This document shows positions 1 through 9,816 of a stretch of 64,000 bases of DNA, piece after piece. Each line of letters starts with the position of its first letter. Position 1 is the stretch's first letter. The translations under genes and the position numbers were made by a program. The DNA comes from an uncultured Rickettsiales bacterium (GTDB lineage: Bacteria > Pseudomonadota > Alphaproteobacteria > Micavibrionales > GCA-2720935), in the NCBI GenBank assembly GCA_950054255.1, contig CATLOR010000001.1, positions 839,589-903,588 of the forward strand, written 5' to 3'. The notes beneath the pieces are model-generated. The model saw only the letters and a program-made list of their open reading frames with translations, was not told the origin of the DNA and searched no databases.

Positions 1-471
1 CTGGATAACAAACATCACATCAGGGCGCCCAGCATCATACTCATCAAAAACGAGCGCTACAGGGTTTTTTAATGCCCAAGGTAGAATGCCTTCTTTAAAT
101 TCTGTGACTTGCTTTCCATCTTTCAAGGAGATGGCGTCTTTACCGAGTAAATCAATACGGCTAACGTGACTGTCTAAATTGACACGAATACAAGGCCAGT
201 TCAGGCGTGCAGCCACTTGTTCAATATGCGATGATTTCCCAGTCCCATGATAACCTTGAATCATGACACGGCGATTATAGTTAAAACCCGCCAAAATCGC
301 TAATGTTGTTTCTTTATCAAAAATATAGGCTTCATCAATGTCGGGAACATGTTCTGTTTTCTTTTTAAAAGCAGGTACTTTGATGTTTGTTTCAATACCA
401 AAGACTTGTTGAACAGAAACTTCTGTATCGGGCTTTTGTGTATAATGTTCGGCGGTGTTAGATTTAAACAT
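1..471 (-). CDS. cobS: CobS-like AAA+ ATPase, N-terminal part (gene runs off the window start)
   Basis: Absent from the ORF track because it is open at the window edge. Reverse translation from ATG at 471 reads MFKSNTAEHYTQKPD...RRVMIQGYHGTGKSSHIEQVAARLNWPCIRVNLDSHVSRIDLLGKD...LVFDEYDAGRPD. It has Walker A (GYHGTGKS) and Walker B (LVFDEYD) motifs. The cobS/J-domain/bolA neighbourhood is typical of Alphaproteobacteria. Confidence 0.8.
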   Translation of the reverse strand, partial: MFKSNTAEHYTQKPDTEVSVQQVFGIETNIKVPAFKKKTEHVPDIDEAYIFDKETTLAILAGFNYNRRVMIQGYHGTGKSSHIEQVAARLNWPCIRVNLDSHVSRIDLLGKDAISLKDGKQVTEFKEGILPWALKNPVALVFDEYDAGRPDVMFVIQ

Positions 472-487
472 GGTGATATCTTCTCTA

Positions 488-1129
488 TTATGATGTACTC
501 GTCATTTTTTCATACGTGCCATAGGCTTTTTTAAGGATCGTGTATGCAGCATTAATTTTTTTGATTTTATGCTCGGCCTCAACATCCTCTCTATTTGTAT
601 CAGGATGGTACTTTTTTACCAAGAACTTATATCGTTTTTTTATAGCGTCAAGATCTGTGGGAGGGCAGATCCCAAGGACATCTAAGGCTTCCATCTCGGG
701 AATTGTTTTACTGCTGTTGAAATTTTCTTGTCCTTCTTCTTTTTCTTCGCGGTTGAAAAATTTTTCGAAACCTGTTTTTTGTTCTGGCTCTTCATTAAAA
801 AATTGAAAAACTCGATCTCGTAATTTTGTTTCCATGAAAGGGTTTATGCCTGCACGCCATGTTGGTCTATCCCATGTGTATGAGCGCTTCATATAGGATT
901 CGAGCTCTTCTTCGCTAAATCCTTCAAAGTAATTCCAACTATTATTATATTCACGAACATGATCAAGGCAAAAATAGTAATATTCTTTAGTATTTGTTGT
1001 TGATTTTGGGGCTTTGAAATCTCCGTCATGAGGGCAATAGGGGTGATCACAGGGGCGTTTTTCCTCTATGATCTCTTCTTGCTCTTTCCAAAATTCTGGC
1101 GAATTCGGTTTTAGTTTCGGTATTTTCAT
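488..1129 (-). CDS. J-domain (DnaJ-like) protein
   Basis: 213-aa ORF with a C-terminal J domain containing HPD (AIKKRYKFLVKKYHPDTN). The N-terminal half is Cys/His-rich (PCDHPYCPHDG, FCLDH). Confidence 0.8.
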   Translation of the reverse strand: MKIPKLKPNSPEFWKEQEEIIEEKRPCDHPYCPHDGDFKAPKSTTNTKEYYYFCLDHVREYNNSWNYFEGFSEEELESYMKRSYTWDRPTWRAGINPFMETKLRDRVFQFFNEEPEQKTGFEKFFNREEKEEGQENFNSSKTIPEMEALDVLGICPPTDLDAIKKRYKFLVKKYHPDTNREDVEAEHKIKKINAAYTILKKAYGTYEKMTSTS

Positions 1130-1159
1130 GCTTATATTATAGCAGATTTTTCTTAAAGT

Positions 1160-1462
1160 ATGAATGTCTTAATAGGATTAGAAAGCGAAAATATCATGTC
1201 AATAATTCCACTTTTAGAACAAAAAATTGAAACAGAATTACACGCTATAGAGTATATTATTAAAAATGACAGTGAAAAGCATCAAGGTCATGCTGGATAC
1301 GATGGAAGTGGTGAAAGTCATTTTCGTATGACGATACGCTCGAAAGCGTTTGATGGCCTCTCACGTATGGAACGTCAGAGGCTTGTTCATCAGGTTTTTT
1401 CAGAAGAATTAAAGCATAAAATACATGCTTTATCCTTGAAATTGCTAGCAAGTGATGAATAA
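1160..1462 (+). CDS. bolA: BolA family protein
   Basis: HFRMTIRSKAFDGLSRMERQRLVHQVF...IHALSLKLL fits the BolA signature. The true start may be ATG 1196 (MSIIPLLEQK). Confidence 0.8.
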   Translation: MNVLIGLESENIMSIIPLLEQKIETELHAIEYIIKNDSEKHQGHAGYDGSGESHFRMTIRSKAFDGLSRMERQRLVHQVFSEELKHKIHALSLKLLASDE

Positions 1463-1548
1463 AAAATTAAAAAACACACTTTTTAGTTGTAATGCGTGTT
1501 CTTGTTATGTACTATTCTTGTAGGTTAAGGAGTTATTGAAAAAGGAGA

Positions 1549-1911
1549 ATGCCCATGACTATTTCAAAACAAGAAGAAACAACCGCTAAAGAACGTAAGG
1601 AAGTAAACACAACTCTGATTAGTAAAAACGTGACCGTTGATGGACACAGAACGAGTATGCGTTTAGAGCCAGAGATGTGGGCGGCGTTACAAGAAATCTC
1701 AAAACGAGAGAAATGCACGATTCATCGTATTTGCTCGATTGTTGCCAAACGTAAAAGCGAGAAATCGTCGTTAACGGCTGCTATTCGTGTGTTTGTGATG
1801 GCTTATTATAGAGCAGCCTCAACAGAAGAAGGACATGCGCGTGCAGGACATGGTTATCAGATCAAACATAACCTTGTTATTAGTGAAGAAAAGCATAAAT
1901 ATAGTTATTGA
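1549..1911 (+). CDS. Ribbon-helix-helix domain protein (RHH_4/PF13467-like)
   Basis: GHRTSMRLEPEMWAALQEISKREKCTIHRICSIV...SLTAAIRVFVMAYY. The AAGGAG RBS at 1540-1545 favours the second ATG (1555). Confidence 0.7.
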   Translation: MPMTISKQEETTAKERKEVNTTLISKNVTVDGHRTSMRLEPEMWAALQEISKREKCTIHRICSIVAKRKSEKSSLTAAIRVFVMAYYRAASTEEGHARAGHGYQIKHNLVISEEKHKYSY

Positions 1912-1914
1912 TAT

Positions 1915-2502
1915 TTATTCTTCCGGCTCTTCATACCATTCAGGCCAGCGGTTTTTTACGACATCGCCAGACGCGGAAAGCGCATGACAGGTGTTGATTA
2001 GAGCTGGGCGTTTGTTCTTATCGCCGTCCTCGATCGAGGGCATGAGAGGCATGCCTTTGCGTTTAGCAAGAGCTGGGATGATTGTTTGAAAGGCTGTTGT
2101 TGCAAGAGGTCCGACAAGATCAACGAGATGTGTACATCCACGAACGCCACCGAGTGCTACTTTTACTTTTTTTGTAAAACCAGGTGCAATCTGTAAACCA
2201 ATGAGGCGTTTAAAGTTAATCGCGATCGCGGGGCAAACAGGATAGGGGGATTTATCAATAAAGGCTTCTGAATCAATGATATTAAGTGCGTCATCAACGG
2301 TAATGCGAAGCCCCATATCATGCAAAGGATCACCGGGTTCTATATGTCCACGCCAATCATTTTGGAATGAGTAATGCTTGTCATCTCGTAAAAAGCCTTC
2401 AATATCCCATAAGCCATCCTCACGCTCATAGCCGTTACATTCAATGGTGCGTGTATGAATTTTTTTACGGCTATCAACGGCTTTTGAAGGTTTGATAGGC
2501 AT
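1915..2502 (-). CDS. DUF2889 family protein
   Basis: 195-aa ORF. The GGVRGCTHLVDLVGPLATTAFQTI motif is recalled from DUF2889 proteins. Function unknown. Confidence 0.6.
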   Translation of the reverse strand: MPIKPSKAVDSRKKIHTRTIECNGYEREDGLWDIEGFLRDDKHYSFQNDWRGHIEPGDPLHDMGLRITVDDALNIIDSEAFIDKSPYPVCPAIAINFKRLIGLQIAPGFTKKVKVALGGVRGCTHLVDLVGPLATTAFQTIIPALAKRKGMPLMPSIEDGDKNKRPALINTCHALSASGDVVKNRWPEWYEEPEE

Positions 2503-2517
2503 GAGTGTCAGTTTCCC

Positions 2518-3468
2518 TTACAAGGTTTTGCTACCGAGTTCTAAAAATCTGTTACGGCGATGTTCTTTTAACGCATCTCCATCCATTTTATTCAATGTTT
2601 TTAGAGTGCTTGTAATTTTTGCGGCTGTATTCTTCATGATTTCCGCATGGTTGCGGTGCGCTCCCCCTAAAGGTTCAGCGATAATATCATCAATAACAGC
2701 GAGCTTTTTTAAATCTTGTGCTGTTAATCTTAATGCTTTAGCAGCATCTTTTGCATAGTCGCCACTACGCCATAAGATAGAAGCACATCCTTCTGGTGAA
2801 ATAACAGAATAAATAGAGTGCTCAAGCATTAAAACGGTATTTGCGGCAGCAATGGCAATAGCGCCACCAGAGCCACCCTCACCAATAATAGTTGAAACCA
2901 TTGGAACTTTAAGGCGTAGGCAGCTTTCAATTGATTTAGCAATTGCTTCTGATTGACCTCGTTCTTCCGCGCCAAGACCTGGATAAGCACCAGCAGTGTC
3001 AACAAATGTTAAAACAGGAATATCATAACGGTTTGCGAGATCCATTAAGCGTTGTGCCTTACGGTAGCCTTCAGGTTTCGCCATACCGAAGTTATGACGG
3101 ATACGGCTTTCTGTATCATCACCTTTTTCTTGACCAAGAATGATGCAGCTTTGGCCGTTAAAGCGTCCCATACCACCGATTAAGGCTTCATCTTCACCAA
3201 ATACACGATCACCAGCAAGGGGCGTGAAGTCTGTGATTAGGTTTTTAATATAATCTTTAAAGTGAGGACGGTTTGGGTGTCTAGCAACTTGGACTTTTTG
3301 TGCAGGATCAAGAGAGGCATAGGTATCTTTTAAAAGCTTTTCGAGCTTTTTTTCAATACGCTTCATTTCCGCACCAATGTTAATATCACCGTTATTACTG
3401 ACATTACCAAGGGCTTTTAATTTGCTTTCCATTTCAACAATGGGTTTTTCGAATTCTAAATGGTTCAT
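2518..3468 (-). CDS. accA: Acetyl-CoA carboxylase carboxyltransferase subunit alpha
   Basis: 316 aa; LEFEKPI...RHPNRPH...FVDTAGAYPGLGAEERGQSEAIA...IGEGGSGGALAI-type motifs along the full length. Confidence 0.95.
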   Translation of the reverse strand: MNHLEFEKPIVEMESKLKALGNVSNNGDINIGAEMKRIEKKLEKLLKDTYASLDPAQKVQVARHPNRPHFKDYIKNLITDFTPLAGDRVFGEDEALIGGMGRFNGQSCIILGQEKGDDTESRIRHNFGMAKPEGYRKAQRLMDLANRYDIPVLTFVDTAGAYPGLGAEERGQSEAIAKSIESCLRLKVPMVSTIIGEGGSGGAIAIAAANTVLMLEHSIYSVISPEGCASILWRSGDYAKDAAKALRLTAQDLKKLAVIDDIIAEPLGGAHRNHAEIMKNTAAKITSTLKTLNKMDGDALKEHRRNRFLELGSKTL

Positions 3469-3589
3469 TTTTATTTTTTCCCAAAATTCATCGTTATTTT
3501 AAGTACCTGAAATTAGCAAAAGAAAAGGGCGATAGCAAGAACTACCACCCTTAAAAGGAAAGAAAAATTATAAAGAATAGATCACTCTA

Positions 3590-4576
3590 TTACTTTGTTG
3601 TCGTCGTACCAGAAAGAGGATGCTTTTCAGTCACTTCTTTCTTAGCTTGCTCGTCCAAGATCTGTGTATAGATCTGTGTTGTCGCAATATCTGCGTGACC
3701 AAGCATTTTTTGTACAGAGCGTAAGTCAGCACCGTGGTTAAGAAGGTGTGTCGCAAACGCGTGACGTAGGATATGTGGACTAACACGGTCAGCATCAACA
3801 CCAGCATGCTCAGCTAAATCTTTTAACAGTTGAGCAAAGCGTTGGCGTGTCAAGTGACCAACTTCAGAAGTTCTTGATGGGAACAACCATTTTGCTTGAA
3901 CATCTTTGCGGTGTGGCGAAATAAAGCCAGGACGCGCTTCTAAATATGTGTTCAAAGCATCTTTTGCAGGTTGTGATAAAGGAACGATACGCTCACGACC
4001 GCCTTTACCTTTGATAACGATATAGTTACCACCATCTTGGATAGCGTCTAATGTTAAGCTAACAAGTTCAGAAACACGGATACCTGTTGCATAGATAAGT
4101 TCAAGTAAACATGCAAGACGTAGACCATCAGAACCACGACCCATTGTTACAGAGGCTTTGATTAATGTATCAACTTCTGCTTCTGTAAGAATTTTTGGAA
4201 GTGTTCTTTCTTGTTTTGGACTTTCGATTGCTGTTGTAGGATCTTCTTCACGCTTGCCTTCAGAAATCATGAAGCGGTAGAACTGACGCATTGCAGAAAG
4301 GCGTCGGTTAATTGTGCGTGTAGATGTGTTTCCTTTTTTATCAGCAGAATCGCGCTCAGAAAGAGTAGCAATGTAAGCTTTGATATCACCAGTTGTCGCA
4401 GTTAAGATATCTGTTGGAACTGTTTTCAAAAATTCACAGAAATCTGCTAAATCTCTTTTATAGGCAGCTACTGTGTTTGCTGCTGCTCCGCGTTGTGCGA
4501 CAAGCATTTCTAGAAAGCTTTCTACCGATGTTGGTAGAGGAGGCTTCTTCATTGGTGGTCTTCCTGGTCTTGCCAT
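3590..4576 (-). CDS. xerD: Site-specific tyrosine recombinase XerD
   Basis: 328 aa. The N-terminal SAM-like domain contains AANTVAAYKRDLADF. The C-terminal catalytic region reads HILRHAFATHLLNHGADLRSVQKMLGHADIATTQIYT. It sits in housekeeping context with no flanking mobile-element genes. Confidence 0.8.
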   Translation of the reverse strand: MARPGRPPMKKPPLPTSVESFLEMLVAQRGAAANTVAAYKRDLADFCEFLKTVPTDILTATTGDIKAYIATLSERDSADKKGNTSTRTINRRLSAMRQFYRFMISEGKREEDPTTAIESPKQERTLPKILTEAEVDTLIKASVTMGRGSDGLRLACLLELIYATGIRVSELVSLTLDAIQDGGNYIVIKGKGGRERIVPLSQPAKDALNTYLEARPGFISPHRKDVQAKWLFPSRTSEVGHLTRQRFAQLLKDLAEHAGVDADRVSPHILRHAFATHLLNHGADLRSVQKMLGHADIATTQIYTQILDEQAKKEVTEKHPLSGTTTTK

Positions 4577-4599
4577 TGTTTTTCTTTCTCCTTATTTAG

Positions 4600-6207
4600 T
4601 TATTCGAGTACGCTTTGGTCACCATATAAAATATCACGGCTAAAAGCGAATACATAATTATTTAAATCTGATTTGCTTACATTCTGCAAAATAAATTTTA
4701 TATTTTTTTGCAAATCAGCCTCATTTTGTGTCTTTTTTGCATTAATATCCCACAAAATAAAGGATAGCAACCCCGTTTGTGCTTTGTCTTGTGACGCTGC
4801 ACTCTTGTTAAAACGTTTTATTAGGAGAGGCATTGTATCAATTTCTTGCTCGGCCTCTTCAAAAAAAACGCCCTCAGTTTTATCGTCTTGGCCAGAGCAT
4901 AAGCCCTTTAAAGTCTCAAAAACCGTCCCTTTAACAAGGGTTTGCTTGGAAGATGATTTATTTGCCATATCACCCTCTAGCGCGGCATTATGTTTTAGCA
5001 TAATCATTTTATCATTTGCAAGAGAAAAATGAATAAAATTACATATTTTTTTTATTTTCTCTTTAAAATCAACGTTGTTTTCGTTTTTAGTGTTCTCGGC
5101 GAGTGTGTTTTTCCACATTTGAGCATGATCGAAATCAAGCAATAAAGAAAAATATGAATAGAGGCTTGGAATATAAGCGTCAAAGGATGCATTCGGTTTT
5201 ATGCTTCTTAAATATGAATAGAAGTGAGCATATATAGGGAGGGCGGGGTTTTTTTGTTGCTGTATAATTTGGTCGAGAATCTTTAAGCGGTGGTGTGCAT
5301 TATTTTTTGAATAAAAGCTTTTGAAGTGTGTTGCATGTGCAATGCGTACAAACTCTTTTTGTTCATTTAAAAGCTGTTCTAAAGATTCTGAATGAAATAG
5401 ATGGTTTTTATAGCCTGTTTCAAAATGGTTCACTCTCTCTTCAAGAGGCTCATTTGGGTTTAAGGCTATTTTATATGAATTTGCTAAGTCTGGGAGCGTA
5501 ATATGTTGGCTGAGTTCATAGTTAAGTTGACTTGGATTTGAACAATGAGATCTCCATTGTTTTTGTTGATCCGTAATAGGTGTATGAGATAAGGATTCGA
5601 GGCAAGCTGCTTCATATTCGTTGTTTGCAACAAAGATACGTACCCCAATATCATGAAGGCGTTCTTCTGGTTTTAGGAGTTGTTTTTGATAGGTTGTTAA
5701 TAAATTGAGCGCTTCATTGTTAAATCCAAATTCTAAAAGAGTTTCTAAGCGATAGATTAAAAAATCAAGTGAAGAAAATCCTTTGGGGTGTTTTGCGTAA
5801 CTGAGTAAAAGACGCTTTATAAAATTACGCTGAGCTGGGGAAAGAATTCCAATCTTTTTAATCGTTTGAAAGTCTTGGGTTAAAGTGTCTTTTGTATAGC
5901 CATGCCATATCGTGGATTCAAAACCATTCAGCTCAGAAAAATAAAACCCAATGTCAGGATATTCAATGACAGGCGGAATAGAGGGGACATTTGTAAGGGT
6001 GACGACATCTTGCTCATCTGGCAAAGCGATGTCTTTTTGATCCCACGGTTTTGCATTTTTATCGTTTTGTTTTTGTTCAATTCTTTTTTCTTTTTCGGCA
6101 ATGAAGCTTTCTTCATTTTCCCAGAAAGCATACGCGCCTGCATTAGCGGTTAAGATAAAACAGGCCAATGTTAAGATAAAAGCGTGTGCGAGAAATGTTT
6201 TCATCAA
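4600..6207 (-). CDS. Hypothetical exported protein (535 aa)
   Basis: Long uninterrupted ORF with a signal peptide (MMKTFLAHAFILTLACFILTANAGAYA). No domain recognised. Confidence 0.6.
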   Translation of the reverse strand: MMKTFLAHAFILTLACFILTANAGAYAFWENEESFIAEKEKRIEQKQNDKNAKPWDQKDIALPDEQDVVTLTNVPSIPPVIEYPDIGFYFSELNGFESTIWHGYTKDTLTQDFQTIKKIGILSPAQRNFIKRLLLSYAKHPKGFSSLDFLIYRLETLLEFGFNNEALNLLTTYQKQLLKPEERLHDIGVRIFVANNEYEAACLESLSHTPITDQQKQWRSHCSNPSQLNYELSQHITLPDLANSYKIALNPNEPLEERVNHFETGYKNHLFHSESLEQLLNEQKEFVRIAHATHFKSFYSKNNAHHRLKILDQIIQQQKNPALPIYAHFYSYLRSIKPNASFDAYIPSLYSYFSLLLDFDHAQMWKNTLAENTKNENNVDFKEKIKKICNFIHFSLANDKMIMLKHNAALEGDMANKSSSKQTLVKGTVFETLKGLCSGQDDKTEGVFFEEAEQEIDTMPLLIKRFNKSAASQDKAQTGLLSFILWDINAKKTQNEADLQKNIKFILQNVSKSDLNNYVFAFSRDILYGDQSVLE

Positions 6208-6226
6208 AGATAAAATAAATCGTTGT

Positions 6227-6406
6227 TTAATGAACGTTCATTTTTTCAGGGACGGATGCTTTTTGAGGTGTTATATGTTCGACATTCAACTCAACAACAC
6301 GTTCTACCGGCTTAGTGGGGGTAGGAATATCCCAAAAAATAGCAAAGACAAAGCCAACTATTCCGATAAAAAGGGAGAGTAAAATAATGAATTTAAATGT
6401 TTTCAT
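6227..6406 (-). CDS. Small membrane protein (59 aa), below the ORF-track size cut-off
   Basis: Manual reverse translation: MKTFKFIILLSLFIGIVGFVFAIFWDIPTPTKPVERVVVELNVEHITPQKASVPEKMNVH*. It has one clear TM helix and AGAGG about 12 nt upstream. It ends 20 nt before the start of the 535-aa gene on the same strand. Confidence 0.4.
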   Translation of the reverse strand: MKTFKFIILLSLFIGIVGFVFAIFWDIPTPTKPVERVVELNVEHITPQKASVPEKMNVH

Positions 6407-6515
6407 GCTGTTTCAAAACCTCTATGATTTTTTATTCATGTTTGCGTAAGTGAAGATAACCAAACTATAAGGGTGATAGCAAGAAAAAGCATCATATAAA
6501 TCAAAGAAAATAATT

Positions 6516-7055
6516 ATGACTGTAAAAAAAGCACATAAAAAATCAATTGTTCTTGTCGGTCTTATGGGAGCGGGAAAAACGAAAATAGGGCGGATTTTGG
6601 CTAATCACTTAGAACTTCCTTTTATTGATGCAGATAATGCAATAGAAGAGGCCGCAGGATGTTCTGTAAGTGATATTTTCGAATGGTTTGGTGAAAAAGC
6701 CTTTAGAGATGGTGAAAAAAAAGTGATGCATCGCTTATTAACAGAAGAGGGACAACAAGTAATAGCCACGGGTGGAGGCGCTTTTATTTCAAAAGCCGTT
6801 AGAGATGATATCAAGAAACATGCTGTATCCATTTGGTTGAAAGCGGATTTGGAAACATTGATTGAGCGGACAAGTCGATCAGATAGACGTCCTTTATTAC
6901 AAACGAGCGAGTCAGATAAGATTTTGAAGAGATTAATGGATGAGCGGTATCCTATATATGCCCAAGCTGATATTCATGTGGAAAGTAGTAATCGCTCTAT
7001 TCGCTCTATTATCAAAGATATTGAAACCTCTTTAGAAGGAACGGTGATTTTTTGA
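6516..7055 (+). CDS. aroK: Shikimate kinase
   Basis: 179 aa; P-loop GLMGAGKTKIGR. The stop overlaps the aroB start (ATGA). Confidence 0.9.
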   Translation: MTVKKAHKKSIVLVGLMGAGKTKIGRILANHLELPFIDADNAIEEAAGCSVSDIFEWFGEKAFRDGEKKVMHRLLTEEGQQVIATGGGAFISKAVRDDIKKHAVSIWLKADLETLIERTSRSDRRPLLQTSESDKILKRLMDERYPIYAQADIHVESSNRSIRSIIKDIETSLEGTVIF

Positions 7056-8173
7056 TGTCTAGTTATAAAACAGTCACGGTTAAAACTCAAAGTCATGATT
7101 ACCCTATATATATTGGGTCTAACTTAGGAGAGAATTGGAAAGAATGGCTTCAAGGCTATAAGAAAATAGTTGTCTTAATAGATTCTAATGTTGCCTCATT
7201 GTGGCAAGAAAAAGTCACTACATACCTAGAAAATACCGAGGCTGAGTATCATTTTGTTATTATTCCTGCAGGGGAAGCAAGTAAGTCTTTGGGACTATTT
7301 GAAACAGTTTCACGAAAGTTGATCGCCTCTGGAATAGACCGTTATACAGCTATTATGGCTGTTGGAGGCGGTGTAACAGGGGATTTAGCAGGTTTTATAG
7401 CAGCAACGCTTTTACGAGGTGTTCCGTTTATACAAGTCCCAACAACATTATTAGCGCAAGTAGACTCATCTGTAGGTGGAAAAACAGCCGTTAACGTACC
7501 AGAGGGAAAAAATTTAATTGGTGCTTTCTATCCGCCGCATTTGGTGATTATTGATACCGACTTTCTAAGCACTCTTCCTGAACGAGAAATGAAGGCAGGT
7601 TATGCAGAGGTTTTGAAATATGGCTTGATTTACGATCCTTCTTTTTTACAAGACCTATATCAAGGAATGGGACTTGCTGTTTTATCAAAAGATCAGCCTG
7701 CATTATCAAGCGCTATTGAAACAAGCTGTCGTGTTAAGGCAGAAATAGTAAGCCAAGATGAACATGAAAAAGGGATAAGAGCGATCTTAAACTTAGGGCA
7801 TACATTCGGTCATGTGTTTGAAGCTGAGCTTAATTATGATGGGCGCATAGTTCACGGGGAAGCGGTGGCTATTGGAATGGTGATGGCGATGCGTTTATCT
7901 GTGCAATTGGGAATGATTGCTCAAAACGATGTCGAGAATTGTTTAGCTCATTATAAAGCATGCCAGCTTCCTACAAAAATAGCTGATATCTTGAAGCGTG
8001 AGGATCAAAAGATTTTTACTGCTGATTCTTATTTAAAAAGCATGTATAAAGATAAAAAGGTCAAACATGGTGTTTTGACATTAATTTTGTTAGAAGCAAT
8101 GGGACGTGCTGTTCAAAAACACGATGTCGATGAACAAACACTCTTATCATTTCTACAACAAGAGCTTAGCTAG
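7052..8173 (+). CDS. aroB: 3-dehydroquinate synthase
   Basis: 373 aa; GGGVTGDLAGF, VPTTLLAQVDSSVGGKTAVN, LNLGHTFGH motifs. Confidence 0.9.
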   Translation: MMSSYKTVTVKTQSHDYPIYIGSNLGENWKEWLQGYKKIVVLIDSNVASLWQEKVTTYLENTEAEYHFVIIPAGEASKSLGLFETVSRKLIASGIDRYTAIMAVGGGVTGDLAGFIAATLLRGVPFIQVPTTLLAQVDSSVGGKTAVNVPEGKNLIGAFYPPHLVIIDTDFLSTLPEREMKAGYAEVLKYGLIYDPSFLQDLYQGMGLAVLSKDQPALSSAIETSCRVKAEIVSQDEHEKGIRAILNLGHTFGHVFEAELNYDGRIVHGEAVAIGMVMAMRLSVQLGMIAQNDVENCLAHYKACQLPTKIADILKREDQKIFTADSYLKSMYKDKKVKHGVLTLILLEAMGRAVQKHDVDEQTLLSFLQQELS

Positions 8174-8187
8174 TGGTTAAAGTATAA

Positions 8188-9492
8188 ATGGATACCGATT
8201 TAATTATCTCTCTTATTTCAATTTTTGTTTTATTGTGTTTATCAGGATTTTTCTCAGGCTCAGAAACGGCGCTAACAGCGGCTTCGAAGGCAAAGATGCA
8301 TTCTCTTGAACGTGAAGGGAACAAGCGCGCACGTCTTGTTAATCGTATGCGTGAACAAAAGGATAAACTGATTGGGGCGTTATTACTGGGAAATAACTTG
8401 GTGAATATTTTGGCTTCTGCTTTAGCAACTTCGGCCTTGATTAAATTATTTGGCGAAGCAGGGGTTGTTTATGCAACGCTTGTGATGACAGCGCTTGTTT
8501 TAATTTTTGCAGAGGTTCTCCCGAAAAGCTATGCAATTATGCATTCTGATAAAATGGCGCTTTCAATTGCGCCAATTATTAACTTTCTTGTGCGTGTTTT
8601 ATCCCCTATTACGCAGGCTATGATTTTTATTGTGCGCCAATTTTTAAAACTATTTGGTGTTGATTTATCAGAGCAGCAAGATGATGGAAAGCAAGAATTA
8701 TTAGGTGTCATTGATTTACACCAAGCAATGGATACAGATGAGAATGGCGATAGTGAAGATGAATTTCAAATCCGCCAAGAACGCGCTATGTTGCGCTCAA
8801 TTCTTGATCTTGCTGAAGTTGAGGTTGATGAGATTATGACCCACCGTAACCAAGTTGAAATGATTGATCTGGAGTTACCAAAAGATGAAATCGTGAAAAA
8901 GATTTTGGATAGCCAGTTTACGCGTATTCCTCTTTATCGTCCCCAAGAGTCAGAAGATGATATTGTTGGTGTCATTCACCAGCGTCGTTTGTTAAGAGCG
9001 TTGCATGATGTTCAAGGGGATGTCACAAAATTAGACTTTGAGGAAATGGCTTCTGATGTTTGGTATGTACCTGATACAACGACGTTGTTGGATCAGCTTC
9101 ATGAATTTCGTGAGCGTCGTGAACATTTTGCCTTTGTTGTTGATGAATATGGAAGTTTCCAAGGCGTCTTAACACTTGAAGATATTTTAGAGGAAATCGT
9201 TGGTGAAATTGATGATGAGCATGATGTCGAAGTCGTTGGGGTGACATTCCAAAAGAATGGAAGTTTGCTTGTCGATGGAACAGTTACAATTCGTGATTTA
9301 AACCGTGAATTTGAATGGCGTTTGCCCGCAGAAGACTATTCAACGGTTGCAGGACTTATTATTCATGAAACAAAAACGATCCCAGAACAGGGGCAGAGTT
9401 TTTCTTTTTATGATATTCGTTTTGATATCTTAAAGCGTGAGAAAAACCAAATTACAAAGATTCGTCTAACACCCTTGGAAACTGATGAATAA
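8188..9492 (+). CDS. HlyC/CorC (TlyC) family transporter: DUF21 membrane domain, CBS pair, CorC_HlyC domain
   Basis: 434 aa. N-terminal TM region with SGSETALTA, a central CBS pair, and a C-terminal transporter-associated domain (DGTVTIRDLNREFEW...STVAGLI). Confidence 0.85.
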   Translation: MDTDLIISLISIFVLLCLSGFFSGSETALTAASKAKMHSLEREGNKRARLVNRMREQKDKLIGALLLGNNLVNILASALATSALIKLFGEAGVVYATLVMTALVLIFAEVLPKSYAIMHSDKMALSIAPIINFLVRVLSPITQAMIFIVRQFLKLFGVDLSEQQDDGKQELLGVIDLHQAMDTDENGDSEDEFQIRQERAMLRSILDLAEVEVDEIMTHRNQVEMIDLELPKDEIVKKILDSQFTRIPLYRPQESEDDIVGVIHQRRLLRALHDVQGDVTKLDFEEMASDVWYVPDTTTLLDQLHEFRERREHFAFVVDEYGSFQGVLTLEDILEEIVGEIDDEHDVEVVGVTFQKNGSLLVDGTVTIRDLNREFEWRLPAEDYSTVAGLIIHETKTIPEQGQSFSFYDIRFDILKREKNQITKIRLTPLETDE

Positions 9493-9539
9493 ATAAAAGC
9501 CCTAAAGATATTTTAAGCTATTTATGATAGGATAAATTC

Positions 9540-9725
9540 ATGAGCGTTATTTCAGACATAGCTTTATCACGATTACAAGCAAGCACATCTTTTATTAAGC
9601 AACAAGCACAGCTTGATACTCAGCTTGCAAATATTGTAAAACAAGCCGCTGAACAAGCACAGGCAATCGCCGATCAAAACCAAGCCGAACGCCCTTCGAA
9701 TAGGCTTGTTGATATCTTAGTATAG
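9540..9725 (+). CDS. Hypothetical small protein (61 aa, Q/A-rich helical)
   Basis: ORF only, with a weak AGGA upstream and no recognisable family. Confidence 0.3.
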   Translation: MSVISDIALSRLQASTSFIKQQAQLDTQLANIVKQAAEQAQAIADQNQAERPSNRLVDILV

Positions 9726-9742
9726 TTTTTTCATAAAATTCA

Positions 9743-9770
9743 TTGACATAATTTTCTTGGGTTTTATATT
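9743..9770 (+). promoter_or_regulatory. Sigma70-type promoter candidate
   Basis: TTGACA (9743-9748), 16-nt spacer, TATATT (9765-9770). It is followed by an AAGGAG RBS and ATG 9817. Confidence 0.5.
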
Positions 9771-9816
9771 AACCCGATACGAATTAATTATTTTTATGTA
9801 TTTTAAGGAGAGAGAT

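Noticed and set aside
3525-3541. 17-mer AAGGGCGATAGCAAGAA, repeated with one mismatch at 6469-6485 (AAGGGTGATAGCAAGAA), both intergenic
   Set aside because: A back-of-envelope estimate gives roughly ten such 16/17 matches by chance in a 64-kb AT-rich window on both strands. I found no third copy and no palindromic or promoter-like structure.
3590-4576. Tyrosine recombinase as a possible marker of a mobile element; also tRNA-Arg (49840-49916) as a possible island insertion site
   Set aside because: The recombinase has the XerD signature and sits between accA and housekeeping genes. The tRNA has no adjacent integrase and no direct repeat of its 3' end that I could find. Its neighbours are argS and a chromosomal-looking protease gene.
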